A stretch of DNA of 64,000 nt from Syntrophorhabdaceae bacterium (GCA_963665295.1 OY762209.1:1152001-1216000); one strand, 5' to 3'; counted from the first letter of the stretch, positions 28,787 through 39,389 are shown. The notes: generated by a model from the letters alone, not told the origin. Made by a program: numbers and translations.

Positions 28787-30148
28787 TTAATGTATGTGAA
28801 GCCTTCCCCGCTTGAACATATAAAACCATGCCGTGAGAATTGTGAAAACAAAAAAGAGAAGCATCGACCCCACCTCAGGGAGTATTGACCCTATGCCGCC
28901 GCCCCGGACGAAGACCGTGAGGAATGCGTTGAGACCCCAGGAAAGGGGCGAAAAGAGGCTTATGCTTTGCATGACCTTCGGCATCACATAGACGGGCACC
29001 ATGATCCCCCCGAGGGCCGCGGCAATCACCACGGAGACGGCGCCGAAGGTGGAGGCCTGCTCGTAGGTCCTTGCAATCGTGCCGAGCAGGATGCCGTACC
29101 CGGAGGCGGCGAGGGATGCGCTAAGGGCAATGAGGATGAGGGCCGCATAGGAGGACCCCACCTCCAGGGCAGGGGCTCCAAGCATGGGGAGCAGGGCCTT
29201 TCCAACCCCCATGATGAGGGCGAATTGCACCATGCAGATAATGACATATGCCATGACCTTGCCGGATATGATGGTCAGGTACGATATGGGCATGGTGAGG
29301 AGACGGGCCAGCATCCCGTCCTGCCGTTCCCTTATCAGGGCGGCCCCGAGGGGGACCACGATGAAGAACATGCCGAAGAGCGTCCATGCGGGCACGTTCT
29401 GCTGCACCGTGGTGGGGACCTTCGCCGTATCGCCATACCCGGCTATTTCCTCTTTCACCGCCACAATGGGCCTGTTGTCCCAATTAATGCGAACCCGGGG
29501 GATCGCTTTCCTGAACTCGTCAGACCACATGGAACCCATGGCCTTTCTGCTCACCGCCTCCATCTCTTCCGGGAAAAGCTCGGATAAGACCTTCATCTTT
29601 TCGCCGGCCTCCATGCCCAGGATTACCTTCTCGAGGGCGCTCTTAACCCCCGCCCTGAAGGTCTCCCTCAGGGTCGGATCGAAATAGACAAAGAGGGGAA
29701 GGGCCTCTCCCGGCGTCCCGGCCTTCGGTTTACTCTTGTCGCTCCCGATGGAGAAGGAATTCTTTCCGCTCTCCCTCGTCTTCTTCGTGAAAGCTTCGGT
29801 GGTCCCCTGGGGGACGACGATGCAAAGGGGGAAATCTCCTTTTGCCACCGCCTTTTTTGCGGTCTCCACGTCAAATGCCTTGCCTTTGATCTTCGATACG
29901 ATCTTTACCGTGCCCGACTTGAGCAAAGCCTCTTTCAGGCTCCGGCCCACAAATTGCCCGTCCATGTCTATGAAGAGGACCTCCGTCTTTGTCTCCCCCA
30001 TGGATTTAAGCACGTTCTCCTGGACGAGGGTCACCACAACCACGAGGACCACGGGCATGACAAAGAGCACGAGAAGTCCCGCAAAATCGCGCCCCAGGAG
30101 GGTAAGCTCCTTTCTTATGGAGGACAGGAGTTTCAGTATGGAAGCCAT
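28787..30148 (-). CDS. ABC-2 type exporter permease
   Basis: LFVMP, QQNVPAWTLFGMFF and LGGIMVP; multiple TM helices; start overlaps the ATPase stop. Confidence 0.9.
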   Translation of the reverse strand: MASILKLLSSIRKELTLLGRDFAGLLVLFVMPVVLVVVVTLVQENVLKSMGETKTEVLFIDMDGQFVGRSLKEALLKSGTVKIVSKIKGKAFDVETAKKAVAKGDFPLCIVVPQGTTEAFTKKTRESGKNSFSIGSDKSKPKAGTPGEALPLFVYFDPTLRETFRAGVKSALEKVILGMEAGEKMKVLSELFPEEMEAVSRKAMGSMWSDEFRKAIPRVRINWDNRPIVAVKEEIAGYGDTAKVPTTVQQNVPAWTLFGMFFIVVPLGAALIRERQDGMLARLLTMPISYLTIISGKVMAYVIICMVQFALIMGVGKALLPMLGAPALEVGSSYAALILIALSASLAASGYGILLGTIARTYEQASTFGAVSVVIAAALGGIMVPVYVMPKVMQSISLFSPLSWGLNAFLTVFVRGGGIGSILPEVGSMLLFFVFTILTAWFYMFKRGRLHIH

Positions 30149-30912
30149 CAATCCCTCAGTTGTTTTCCCGTGAGTCTGATGAAGAGGTCCTCCAAATCGG
30201 CGCACCCCGGAATACGGTGAACGAGGTCTCCCGGAGGCCCTTCCGCAATGATGGAGCCCGCATCCATGATGGCCACATAGGTGCAGAGCTGCTCCGCTTC
30301 CTCCATGTAGTGGGTGGTATAGACCATGGTAATCCTGTCCTTCAGGATCGTGAGCCTCTCAAGAATGAGATTGCGCGATTGAGGGTCGATCCCGACTGTC
30401 GGCTCGTCGAGAAAGAGAAGCTTCGGACTCTGGAGAATGCCCGCCGCGAGATTCGCCCGCCGTTTCATCCCCCCCGAATAGGTAAAGACGCGCTCGTCGG
30501 CGCTCTCCTCGAGGCCGACCAGTTCAATGGAATCTCGGACCCTCGTTTCAAGGGCTTTGCCCTGCAATCCGTACATGCGGCCGAAAAACATGAGGTTTTC
30601 CCGGGCCGTGAGGTTCTGATAGAGGGCAACCTCCTGGGGAACGTAACCGATGAGCTTCCTCACCTGTGTGGGATACCGGACCACGTCTATTCCGCACACG
30701 GTGACGCTCCCGCCGGTCGGTCGGAGCAGGGTGTTCATGATGGAGATGGCGGTTGTCTTGCCTGCCCCGTTCGGGCCGAGGAGGCCGAAGACCGCGCCTT
30801 CCCTGATCGAGATATCGATCCCGTTCAACGCGGGCCGGGACGCACCCCGATAGACCTTGACGAGGTTGCGCGCTTCGAGGATCGTTCCTCCGGAGGGCTC
30901 CCGATCCGTCAC
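30148..30912 (-). CDS. ABC exporter ATP-binding protein
   Basis: GPNGAGKT, YSGGMKRR, LFLDEPT and TTHYMEE. The GTG start is inferred from the overlap. Confidence 0.93.
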   Translation of the reverse strand: MTDREPSGGTILEARNLVKVYRGASRPALNGIDISIREGAVFGLLGPNGAGKTTAISIMNTLLRPTGGSVTVCGIDVVRYPTQVRKLIGYVPQEVALYQNLTARENLMFFGRMYGLQGKALETRVRDSIELVGLEESADERVFTYSGGMKRRANLAAGILQSPKLLFLDEPTVGIDPQSRNLILERLTILKDRITMVYTTHYMEEAEQLCTYVAIMDAGSIIAEGPPGDLVHRIPGCADLEDLFIRLTGKQLRD

Positions 30913-31922
30913 CGGAGCACTTCCTGCAGATCCTTGTAAAGGGCCTGCTCTTTGTTTCCGCAATCATGGAGAATATGGGCGAGACGATCGAAATTGTCCC
31001 CGTCCGTTGACCTGTTCTTGCAGATCCGCGCGCCGAAGAGGGCGAATTCCCTCCATCTGTCTCCCACATCCGTCATTCTTCGGGAAAGGCCCAGGAGGTC
31101 CTTATTGTCCATTATGCCGGCGGCTTCCTGCAGGAAAGCGGCGTACATAAGGCGAAATCCGCCTCCCCCCGTGCCGATTTCCTCCTGCATCCGGATCGTG
31201 TGGCCCAGATAAAGCACGGCTTTTCGTTTTCCGTATTTTACCGGCCATGTTGCAACCTTTTTCCCGAGAAGCCTGATTCCCCTCACGCCGATGAGAGGAA
31301 TTGGTGTTTTGACCATAACCCGGCAGGTTTCCTTGATCCCTGCCCTTATTGCCCGGGGCAGGTCGATCTGCGACGGAATCTCCGTGAGATAATACATCTT
31401 CCCTTTCGGGGCGAGCACGCCTTCGGAGAACCGGGCTTTCATGAGGTCTTCCCTGGAACAGGTAACGGGTTCATCGAAAACAGGATCGCTTATGAGGTAG
31501 TCCGTTCCCTTCCTGCCGTATGCGATGAGGGTGTGGGCGTTGAAATGGAATCTCAATGCGTCGGGAAAGTAGGGAAGCCAGTAGATGCCCGCCTGGAGAC
31601 CTACGGGGATACCCTTGTCGAGCATGGCATCGAGGGCGTCCATCGCCTTTTCGGGGTCCTTGAATCTGGAGCTTCGGACGGAGACCCTGAGACGTCTTGC
31701 GGTATTCCTGATGATCCTTCCAGGCGCGTTCCGGAACGTAATGAGGGGGAGTCCGTGAACCTTGATGAAGGGAAAGTACCCGAAAAAGAGGCCTGATCCG
31801 ATGCCGAAGGCAAGGGCCTCCGAGATGTTCACGCCATAACCGGAGAGGAGGTTGGAGGTGGAACCGCTCTCGCAGTGAGCCGACTGGCGGTGAACGAAAT
31901 CCGCTCTTAACGTGTTCGACAT
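30909..31922 (-). CDS. BtrH-like (peptidase C39-like) protein
   Basis: HCESG, FHFNAH, ISDP and QEEIGTGGGGFR, as in flexirubin-type clusters. Confidence 0.85.
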   Translation of the reverse strand: MSNTLRADFVHRQSAHCESGSTSNLLSGYGVNISEALAFGIGSGLFFGYFPFIKVHGLPLITFRNAPGRIIRNTARRLRVSVRSSRFKDPEKAMDALDAMLDKGIPVGLQAGIYWLPYFPDALRFHFNAHTLIAYGRKGTDYLISDPVFDEPVTCSREDLMKARFSEGVLAPKGKMYYLTEIPSQIDLPRAIRAGIKETCRVMVKTPIPLIGVRGIRLLGKKVATWPVKYGKRKAVLYLGHTIRMQEEIGTGGGGFRLMYAAFLQEAAGIMDNKDLLGLSRRMTDVGDRWREFALFGARICKNRSTDGDNFDRLAHILHDCGNKEQALYKDLQEVLR

Positions 31923-32315
31923 CTACGGCACCTCCACGAGTTGCGCCACGGTTATTTTGAAGATATTCGCATAGCGCTCAAGCAGGGCCGGGCTAAGGCG
32001 CATGAATACGCGGGGTTTGCAGTGCCGCTTCACTCTCCAGCATGCAATGCCGGCATAGCGGGAAACCATCTTCACGTCCATGAGGCTCCGCGCCATGTGA
32101 TACGCAAGGGGGCTCAACGTGCCCTGTTTCACCTGGTCGAGGATTTCGGCAAGCTCCTGCTCCACCAGGTCCCATGCCTGCCGGTTGGCCCAATTCGCCG
32201 GTTCCCATCCGGCGCTCGGAGTGAGCACATATTTCCCGTCCTCGTCAACGGCATAGTTGATGCCGTGCCACCGGCCGTATATGCCTTCGTCCTGGGGTAC
32301 GTCCTTCTCTTTCAT
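31923..32315 (-). CDS. conserved hypothetical protein of DarB/BtrH-containing clusters
   Basis: VPQD, YAVDEDGKY, GWEP and WRVKRH.KP; translationally coupled to the upstream gene. The family link is from recollection. Confidence 0.75.
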   Translation of the reverse strand: MKEKDVPQDEGIYGRWHGINYAVDEDGKYVLTPSAGWEPANWANRQAWDLVEQELAEILDQVKQGTLSPLAYHMARSLMDVKMVSRYAGIACWRVKRHCKPRVFMRLSPALLERYANIFKITVAQLVEVP

Positions 32316-33169
32316 TTCGTCGTTATCCTCCCGAAACCCTTCGGGAATGAATCTGTATCCTCCATCCTCCACGTTTGACCGGCCCCCGACCCCGTTCCTT
32401 GGGGATATCCGAGGAGATAGGTAATCGGGACAGGCCCGTGGGGACACTTTATGGTCCCCGCCTCCCATGTGTAATTCTTATGGATGTCTCTCGTCAATTC
32501 GCGAAGTTCCGAGGGGGAATAGGTGCGGAGGCAGGATATGAAGGAGTCGTAAAGCTGGGCCACCGGGGCAATGGGGATCAAATAGGTCCACATCAGCCTC
32601 GACCACCGGAAAGGCCGGAGAAAGGGTACGCAAAACGGCATGATCAGGGAGATGACCATGAAAATAAACATGGTTCGGAAGGTCCGCTCCGTTATCTCGA
32701 AAATGGCGATCCCCTGTTGACAATTCACCGCATCCCGGAGGATGGCGCGGGCTTCGGGGGGCTGAAAATGATGAAACGCCGCGCAAAGGGTCCTGAAGCC
32801 GTTCAGGGCCTTGGGCACGTGTGCGGCGTCGACGGGCTCCGGAGAAAAGCCGAGCTTGCCCTCGGAATGGTCACAGGCGTACCGGAGGGCGGGGATGTTC
32901 GGGTACTTGTCCGTGAGGCACACCTTGACGGGCGGCCTTGTGTCTTCGAAAGCCTTGACCATGCCGAGCCACGGCCCCCCGCTCCCTGAACACAGGTCGA
33001 CGACCTGATGCACCCCGAGACGGTCGAGGGCCTCTCTGAGGAGGGACGCTATGGCAATATCGGATTTCCACATGGTTACGCCGAATTGTATATAGTCCGT
33101 AACAGCCCCGCGAAGAGACTGGGGGCACCACTTTTTGTCGGTAATCTCGAAGAGGTGTAATCTGCGCAT
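32312..33169 (-). CDS. class I SAM-dependent methyltransferase-like protein
   Basis: VVDLCSGSGGP motif I, LTDKYP and AFHHF. Confidence 0.8.
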   Translation of the reverse strand: MRRLHLFEITDKKWCPQSLRGAVTDYIQFGVTMWKSDIAIASLLREALDRLGVHQVVDLCSGSGGPWLGMVKAFEDTRPPVKVCLTDKYPNIPALRYACDHSEGKLGFSPEPVDAAHVPKALNGFRTLCAAFHHFQPPEARAILRDAVNCQQGIAIFEITERTFRTMFIFMVISLIMPFCVPFLRPFRWSRLMWTYLIPIAPVAQLYDSFISCLRTYSPSELRELTRDIHKNYTWEAGTIKCPHGPVPITYLLGYPQGTGSGAGQTWRMEDTDSFPKGFGRITTK

Positions 33170-33765
33170 CAAAAGAAACGGCCTAATGTCAATGTGACGG
33201 AGTTGATGCCCGTATTGTCGTGGTTGAGTCCGCCGTTCGAGATATGGTGGAGCCTGAGACCGGCGAGGCACGTGGTGTCGGAACCCACCGTGAACTCGGT
33301 GCCGATACCTACCTGGGGGTTGAAATTGACCCGAAGCCCCTGCCCATCGACCTGAAAATCGGTATAGATCAGACCGATCCCTCCTTCGACGTAGGGCCGA
33401 AAGGTTTTGAATGCAAGCCTCTTGAGATAGTAGAGGGCAAATATGTTCGCCGAGGTCATGAGCTTCCTGTCGGGTCTCGTGGTGGTCCCGACGCTGGTCT
33501 CCACCTTGAACCGGAGCGGTTCAGGGGCCTTGTGACCCCAGACCGATTCGTAATCAAAGAGGGCGAAACCCGAGAGGAGCACAAAGGATATATCGTTTTC
33601 AGGGGTATAGCTGTTGCCCCCGGTTACGGCCATGCCGTAGCGGGTGGGCACATGCTTCGCTGCGGCATCTTCGGCCCGGACCTTTCCCGGAAGGAACGCC
33701 CCGGAAGAGAAGAACACCGCGCACATGAGAATGAGAATAATCCCGTCCTTCCTCAACACTGTCAT
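33169..33765 (-). CDS. outer-membrane beta-barrel of the PagL/acyloxyacyl hydrolase family
   Basis: Signal peptide; PYVEGGIG, NFNPQVG, HHISNGG...NTGIN; C-terminal Phe. Confidence 0.85.
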   Translation of the reverse strand: MTVLRKDGIILILMCAVFFSSGAFLPGKVRAEDAAAKHVPTRYGMAVTGGNSYTPENDISFVLLSGFALFDYESVWGHKAPEPLRFKVETSVGTTTRPDRKLMTSANIFALYYLKRLAFKTFRPYVEGGIGLIYTDFQVDGQGLRVNFNPQVGIGTEFTVGSDTTCLAGLRLHHISNGGLNHDNTGINSVTLTLGRFF

Positions 33766-33772
33766 CACTCCT

Positions 33773-34876
33773 TTACGCGGCCCTCGGGGCAAGGGTGATC
33801 ATCCCCGTATCCGTTCCTCTGCCGAGTTTGAGGCAGCATATGGAATGTGCGCGAAGGTCCCGGGGGAGCGTGGAAATATTCATGAGGGGCGGAAGGGTGA
33901 TCCCGGCCGGAGGGGCATACAGCGTTCCCTCCCTGATGGATGCACATGCCGCCGCCATGTCGAAGGCCATATTTGTGGGAAAACTCCCGTAGACGGGCGC
34001 GTAGGACGTTACCTTCATCTCGTCCGTGATCAATTGTTTGTACCGCGAACCGGATTGGGCGTTTCCATCGGCCCCGAGGATAAACAGGGTTTGATCCGGC
34101 CGGGGAAGGGGGGCGCTGTCCCGGTATTCCGTAAGGGCCCCTGTGACACGACCGTAATCGTTCCCTGACCCGCCTGTGCGGGAAAGGAGAAAGAAGGCGG
34201 CCCCTTCCCCGATAACCGCCGTCTGCCGGTCGAAGAGGAAGGGTTCGGTCCCGGCATCGGACCGGTTCGGTCCGAAGAAACGATGCCAACAATATGCCCA
34301 CACGTCACAGTACTCGTCCACCGCGCCGAAGAGCACCCTTTCCACCCTTCCTTCCTGCAGCCAGTGAAGGGCGGTAATAAGCGCGGAGGGAACGGACATC
34401 TCGAACTGGCTCACCGTGAGGCACGGACCGGTTGCGCCGAGGAAGATGGAGACGTGCGCCGCAGCGGCATTGTGGACCGAGTTCGAAAAATGGGTGGGAG
34501 AGGAGTACGCGTCGTTGCCGTTGATAAACGAATCGAGAAAAGCAAAGGTCGTGGCGCCCGCGCCATATCCGCTCGCCACGACGATGCCGAGGCCCTTGCG
34601 GTCGATATCGAGCATTTGGGCGTCTTCCAGGGCGAGGTATGATGCGAGGACAGCCATTTTTGCATGATGGTCTATCCTTCGCAACGCCTTCTTCGGAACA
34701 TATATATCGAGACGCGCCGTGTCCGCGAGAAAGGCGGGCATTTCCCCGGTCCCTTCCCCTGTGTGAAAAGAAACGGACCGCACCCGCCTTGTTCCATGGG
34801 CGAGGGCTGCCGAGAATTCCTTAATGTCTGCGCCGAACCCCCCGACAATACCGATCCCTTCGACAAAAGCTTCCAT
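33773..34876 (-). CDS. ketosynthase-like chain length factor
   Basis: SPTHFSNSVHNAA; lacks the active-site Cys (SQFEMS) and the HGTGT motif; follows a KS gene. Confidence 0.8.
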   Translation of the reverse strand: MEAFVEGIGIVGGFGADIKEFSAALAHGTRRVRSVSFHTGEGTGEMPAFLADTARLDIYVPKKALRRIDHHAKMAVLASYLALEDAQMLDIDRKGLGIVVASGYGAGATTFAFLDSFINGNDAYSSPTHFSNSVHNAAAAHVSIFLGATGPCLTVSQFEMSVPSALITALHWLQEGRVERVLFGAVDEYCDVWAYCWHRFFGPNRSDAGTEPFLFDRQTAVIGEGAAFFLLSRTGGSGNDYGRVTGALTEYRDSAPLPRPDQTLFILGADGNAQSGSRYKQLITDEMKVTSYAPVYGSFPTNMAFDMAAACASIREGTLYAPPAGITLPPLMNISTLPRDLRAHSICCLKLGRGTDTGMITLAPRAA

Positions 34877-34878
34877 AT

Positions 34879-36078
34879 TCAGTCCTCCCTCCTGCCCAGC
34901 ACCAGGACCCCGTTGCACCCGCCGAAGGCGAGAGATTGGGAGACGGCAGTGCCGCCTGTGATGGTAGTTGCGGCCGCTGACGGGGATACGGCCATCTCGG
35001 GATCGAGGTTCGCGAAGCCCGCATTGCCGGGTATCATGCCCTTTTCAAGGCACGCCACCGTAAAGGCAGCCTCGATGGCCCCGGCTGCTCCCAGGGTATG
35101 TCCCGTGTAGCCTTTTGTGGAGAAGAAGGGGACGCCGGGGAGTGTTTCTTTAAGCACCTTGCCCTCGATGCGGTCATTGTCGGGTGTCGCGGTGCCGTGG
35201 GCATTTACAAAGGCGATATCCGACGCTTCCCTGCGGGAGAGTCTGAGCGCTTCGAGAAGGGCCCGCTTCAATCCCTCGCCCTGAGGGTGGGGTGCGGTAA
35301 GGTGGTGGGCGTCGCTTGACGACGCATAGCCGAGAAAACGCGCCCGGGGGAGCCTTTCCCTTTTCCCGCACGAGTTTTCCGGCTCCAGTATGAGCACGGC
35401 TGCGCCCTCTCCCAGGTTAAGCCCTTTTCTGTCCCGGTCAAAGGGCTTGCAGGGGGTGTCATCGGTGATCATGAGGGAGATAAAGCCGTTATACGTTACA
35501 TGACAAAGCTCATCGGCTCCCCCTGCAATAACGATATCGCAGAGGCCCGATTGAATCCACGATGCCCCTATGCCCACGGCATCGGTGCCGGAGGAGCACG
35601 CGTTCACCACTGTCTGGCACGGCCCCGTAAGCTCGAACTCCCGGGCAATCAGGTCGGCGGGATTGCTCGTGATGAAGCGGGCAATGGGCGCCATATCGGG
35701 GCTACCCCCTTGGAGAAACTCTCCATAGAACATCTCGTTGTTCATTGCCACGCCCACCGTCGTGCCCAGGCACACCCCCACTTTTTTCCCCTTGAGGGCA
35801 ATGCGGTCGAGGCCTGCGTCGCTTATTGCCTCGTAAGCGGCGGCGAGGGCGAGCTTGCCCGTGAGGGAGATCTTCGTAGAGGCCATGATATGACCGGGGA
35901 TTGCGGCTTCAGGCACCTCGAACACAGGATAGGAGACGGGGTGGGTGCTTTGGAACCTCGTGGGCGGCGCAGGACTTCGCGTGCCCCTGAACAGGGAATT
36001 CATGCATTCCCCGAGCGTCCCTCCGGCTCCCGAGAGGCAACCCGCTCCGGTTATGTCGACAGGGACGGTTTTGTTCAC
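34879..36078 (-). CDS. beta-ketoacyl-ACP synthase
   Basis: NACSSG, AHGTAT, KGYTGHTLGA and AFGG. Confidence 0.92.
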   Translation of the reverse strand: MNKTVPVDITGAGCLSGAGGTLGECMNSLFRGTRSPAPPTRFQSTHPVSYPVFEVPEAAIPGHIMASTKISLTGKLALAAAYEAISDAGLDRIALKGKKVGVCLGTTVGVAMNNEMFYGEFLQGGSPDMAPIARFITSNPADLIAREFELTGPCQTVVNACSSGTDAVGIGASWIQSGLCDIVIAGGADELCHVTYNGFISLMITDDTPCKPFDRDRKGLNLGEGAAVLILEPENSCGKRERLPRARFLGYASSSDAHHLTAPHPQGEGLKRALLEALRLSRREASDIAFVNAHGTATPDNDRIEGKVLKETLPGVPFFSTKGYTGHTLGAAGAIEAAFTVACLEKGMIPGNAGFANLDPEMAVSPSAAATTITGGTAVSQSLAFGGCNGVLVLGRRED

Positions 36079-36329
36079 AGGGCTCTCCTTTCCTCGACAA
36101 AGGCGGCAAGGGTGTTGATGCATTGAAAGGCCTCACGCCCCTCGTCGATGTTTTTGACGGCGATCCCGAAATGTTTCTCAAGGAGGACGACCAGTTCCAC
36201 GGCGTCCAGGGAATCGAGACCGAGACCCTCCCCGAAAAGGGGTGTATCGTCTTCGATCTCTTCGGGTGTAACATCCTCCAGGTTAAGCTCTTCCACAAGA
36301 ATCTTCTTCAGTTGTTCCTTGATAGTCAT
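36075..36329 (-). CDS. acyl carrier protein
   Basis: LFGEGLGLDSLDAVE. Confidence 0.93.
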   Translation of the reverse strand: MTIKEQLKKILVEELNLEDVTPEEIEDDTPLFGEGLGLDSLDAVELVVLLEKHFGIAVKNIDEGREAFQCINTLAAFVEERRAL

Positions 36330-36349
36330 CAAACTTCCCTCTCCTTTCA

Positions 36350-37294
36350 TCAATGGTCGGCGTTATCGAGCCTCCACATGTCGTAAAAATTATAGAACTG
36401 GTAGGGGTGTTCAGTTGTATAGGATTCAAGGGCCCGTGCGAACTGACCGACATAGGGGAGAAAATCCCTATTGCTCTTTCCTGCGTCGTGGGGTACGCGG
36501 ATCACCTTCGCAACCTCCAGGGTGTAGGTGGAGGGGCCCGACTTGTGGGAAAAGAAGACCACCACGGGCGCCCCTGTTGCCGAGGCTATCTTGAAGGCGC
36601 TGAAAGGGAAGAGAACCTTCCCTCCAAGGAAATCTACGGCGGCGGCCCCTTTCGAACTGCCGAAAAGCCTGTCTCCCATCACACAGAGGACCTCACCCCT
36701 CTTAAGCAGGCCCATCATCTCCAAAACGCCGCCCATGTAGCCCCTCGGGTCGATTATACCGTAAGGGCACGGAATCCCCGCGTGTTCAAAGTAGTGAAGG
36801 TCAATATCGCCCTCCTCGCGCTGCAGGAGGAGATGGACAGGCGCGTTGAGGAACCGCAGGGCCGACATGGCGGCCTGCCAGCATCCCACGTGGGCCGTCA
36901 TGAGGATCATGCCTTTGCCTTCGCGCATAATGTCGAATATCTCGTTCCTTTGTGCGAATTCCACGGTCATCTTCTCTTCGCCCAGGATGCCGGTCACTGC
37001 CCGGTCTATGAGCGCCTTCCCAAGGCTGAGAAATATGCGGTAACTGTCTCCGAGCCTTCCCGCCGTTCCCTTCCCCCTGAACCTCCGGGAGAGGTAATAG
37101 TCCGCCTTTCTTCGTATTGACGGCGCCAGGAAGACATAGAAGAGCACGACAAAGGAAAGAACGAAATATGCAAATCTTCGTCCCGCATACCTGATGAGGA
37201 GATAGAAGAACGTGTGGCCGAAGTGCGAACCGATGCTGCGGCTTGTCCATTGCCCTTCTCCCGCAGGGGTCGGTCCGGGGTCAGTCGTTTCCAT
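36350..37294 (-). CDS. LpxL-like lysophospholipid/lipid A acyltransferase
   Basis: TAHVGCW, MGDR and PYQFYNFYDMW, as in aryl-polyene cluster acyltransferases. Confidence 0.85.
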   Translation of the reverse strand: METTDPGPTPAGEGQWTSRSIGSHFGHTFFYLLIRYAGRRFAYFVLSFVVLFYVFLAPSIRRKADYYLSRRFRGKGTAGRLGDSYRIFLSLGKALIDRAVTGILGEEKMTVEFAQRNEIFDIMREGKGMILMTAHVGCWQAAMSALRFLNAPVHLLLQREEGDIDLHYFEHAGIPCPYGIIDPRGYMGGVLEMMGLLKRGEVLCVMGDRLFGSSKGAAAVDFLGGKVLFPFSAFKIASATGAPVVVFFSHKSGPSTYTLEVAKVIRVPHDAGKSNRDFLPYVGQFARALESYTTEHPYQFYNFYDMWRLDNADH

Positions 37295-38465
37295 GGGTTT
37301 CCCTTTTGAGGCATAGGGCGGTTACGTAAATGGCGGCTGCAGTAAGGATACCTATCACGGGTCCGAGAATGAGAGAGCCGAGGAACCACTCGAAAATCCT
37401 CTCAAGGGCCTGATACCCGAGGGTCTCCAAGGAGACTTCGGTGAGGAACCTGCCGTGGCGCATAAAGTATCCCGCTTCAATGCAGAGCGCGGGGACCAGC
37501 GGGGGTATGCAGATCTGGCCCGCGGCAAGGGCCATCAATTTGTTCAACCGGAAATAGTTCGCCGCGAAGAGGGTAGTGATGCTCTGGCACGCAATGAGGG
37601 GCAACGCTCCGATGAATACGCCGAGTCCCCCTGCCACGGCAAGCCTTTCCGGCGAGTTATTCCCTGTGAGCAGCAACCTAAGGGACTTGAGAGGCCTGAG
37701 GAGGGTGACCTTTTCCGTCTCCTTCCTTCCTGTCCTGAACCTTTTGTGCGGGTAAGGAGTAAGGGCCCTCAGGGTGAGCCTTGTATTGAGGATGCTGAGG
37801 CGGAGATTGTCCATAAAGAGACGGAAGTGGGACACACGCAGGGAAGAGGGGGGATAATATACGGATATATCGACCTCTTTCAGGATCACTCCCGCCCACA
37901 CGGCCTTCACGAGAACCTCCACCTCGAAGTCGTAGTGCCGCTCCCTCAGTTTCAGCCATTCAAGGAGGGCAAGGGGATAGGCGCGAAAGCCGCTCTGGGT
38001 ATCTTTCAGCTTATATCCCGTCTGGACCCTCAGCCAGAAGTTGGAGAAGGCCCGGCCGAACCGGGAAAGAAGGGGGGTGGTGGCCGAATCGAATGCCCGG
38101 GTGCCCACGATGATCGCATCGGGGTCTTCGTCGATCAAAGGGAGAAACCGGGGGTAGTCGGCGGGGTCATGCTGGCCGTCCGCGTCGATGGTCACTATGT
38201 GGGTTGCCCCTCTTGTGCGCGCTTCGTGGGCGGCGGTGATGATCGCGGCGCCCTTGCCCCTGTTCAGGGGGTGCCTTATTTCCGTTACGGGGAGTCCTGC
38301 GAGGGTCTCTGCGCCGCCGTCGGTGCTCCCGTCGTCAACAACTATCACATTATCGTTCACCGCGAGGGCCCGGACCACCACGTCCCTCAGAGTCTTCCCG
38401 TGGTTGTACACCGGGATGACAAGGAAGACCTTCGGCATTTCAGGGCTCTTTTTCTCCAAATTCAT
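37281..38465 (-). CDS. GT2 glycosyltransferase fused to DUF2062
   Basis: IPVYN, VDDGSTD, NRGKG, DADGQH and DTQSGFR; hydrophobic C-terminal domain. Confidence 0.9.
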   Translation of the reverse strand: MNLEKKSPEMPKVFLVIPVYNHGKTLRDVVVRALAVNDNVIVVDDGSTDGGAETLAGLPVTEIRHPLNRGKGAAIITAAHEARTRGATHIVTIDADGQHDPADYPRFLPLIDEDPDAIIVGTRAFDSATTPLLSRFGRAFSNFWLRVQTGYKLKDTQSGFRAYPLALLEWLKLRERHYDFEVEVLVKAVWAGVILKEVDISVYYPPSSLRVSHFRLFMDNLRLSILNTRLTLRALTPYPHKRFRTGRKETEKVTLLRPLKSLRLLLTGNNSPERLAVAGGLGVFIGALPLIACQSITTLFAANYFRLNKLMALAAGQICIPPLVPALCIEAGYFMRHGRFLTEVSLETLGYQALERIFEWFLGSLILGPVIGILTAAAIYVTALCLKRETHGND

Positions 38466-38474
38466 GGGCAGTCA

Positions 38475-39389
38475 TCATTCCTGGCGCGTAAGGAACTCAA
38501 GGATCTTTCTGTTTACCGTCTCCGGCTGCTCCACCGTAAGGCCATGACCGGCGTGGGGAATAATCTCCGTATCCATACGGGGCGCCACCCTGTTGAGACG
38601 CAGAACAGCCTTCCGGGCCGGATAGATCCTGTCGTTTTCACCGATCAGACAGAGCACGGGTATCCCGATGCTCCCCAATTCCTCGTCCGTGAGGACGGTC
38701 GGCCGCACAAAAGGCTTACGTGTGAAGCATTGCGAAGCGACGAACATGTCGTCCGCCGCATTCGTGAGCGCCGCCCGGTCGGCCGCGCCTCCGCGGGCGA
38801 GGTCGGCGAAGGCCCATCGCATGAAGCTCCTGGTAAAGGTGCGGCAGGGTAGTGTGGTGAGGACCGCCCGGAACATAAAGGCGACCCCCATGGGCAGCAC
38901 CGTGCACGCGGGTGCAAGGAGCACTGTCTTCGCAAGTCTGTGGGGAAAACGGAGGGTGTAGAGACATGCCAGCCAGCCCCCATAGGAGAGACCCATAAGA
39001 TTGATCGCGTCTTTGAGTTCAAGGACGCGAAACAGCTCGTCAAGCCAGCGCACAAAATCATCGGCGCCTTTGACGGCGCGGGTGTATACGCTTCGCCCGT
39101 AGTCATAGATGTTATCCACCGCATAGGTTCTGAAGGGCCCTGACAGGGCCTTTATGTTCGGGACCCACATGAGCGACGTGCTTCCTGCCCCGGGCAGCAA
39201 TACCAGGGGCGGCCCATGGGCAGGCCCGCTCACGCGTACGAATGTGGGGCCGTAAGACGTGTCCGCCGTTACAGCCTCGGAAGCGACGGGCCACTGTTTC
39301 GCCCTCCTCTCATAGAGGTCGAGGTACCGCTCTTTCGCCTGCGCCGACCGAAAAGGGTGATACGGGGGCAAGGGCCTTGCTTCAGCCAT
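38475..39389 (-). CDS. alpha/beta hydrolase
   Basis: GLSYGG, GEND and AGHG. Confidence 0.88.
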   Translation of the reverse strand: MAEARPLPPYHPFRSAQAKERYLDLYERRAKQWPVASEAVTADTSYGPTFVRVSGPAHGPPLVLLPGAGSTSLMWVPNIKALSGPFRTYAVDNIYDYGRSVYTRAVKGADDFVRWLDELFRVLELKDAINLMGLSYGGWLACLYTLRFPHRLAKTVLLAPACTVLPMGVAFMFRAVLTTLPCRTFTRSFMRWAFADLARGGAADRAALTNAADDMFVASQCFTRKPFVRPTVLTDEELGSIGIPVLCLIGENDRIYPARKAVLRLNRVAPRMDTEIIPHAGHGLTVEQPETVNRKILEFLTRQE

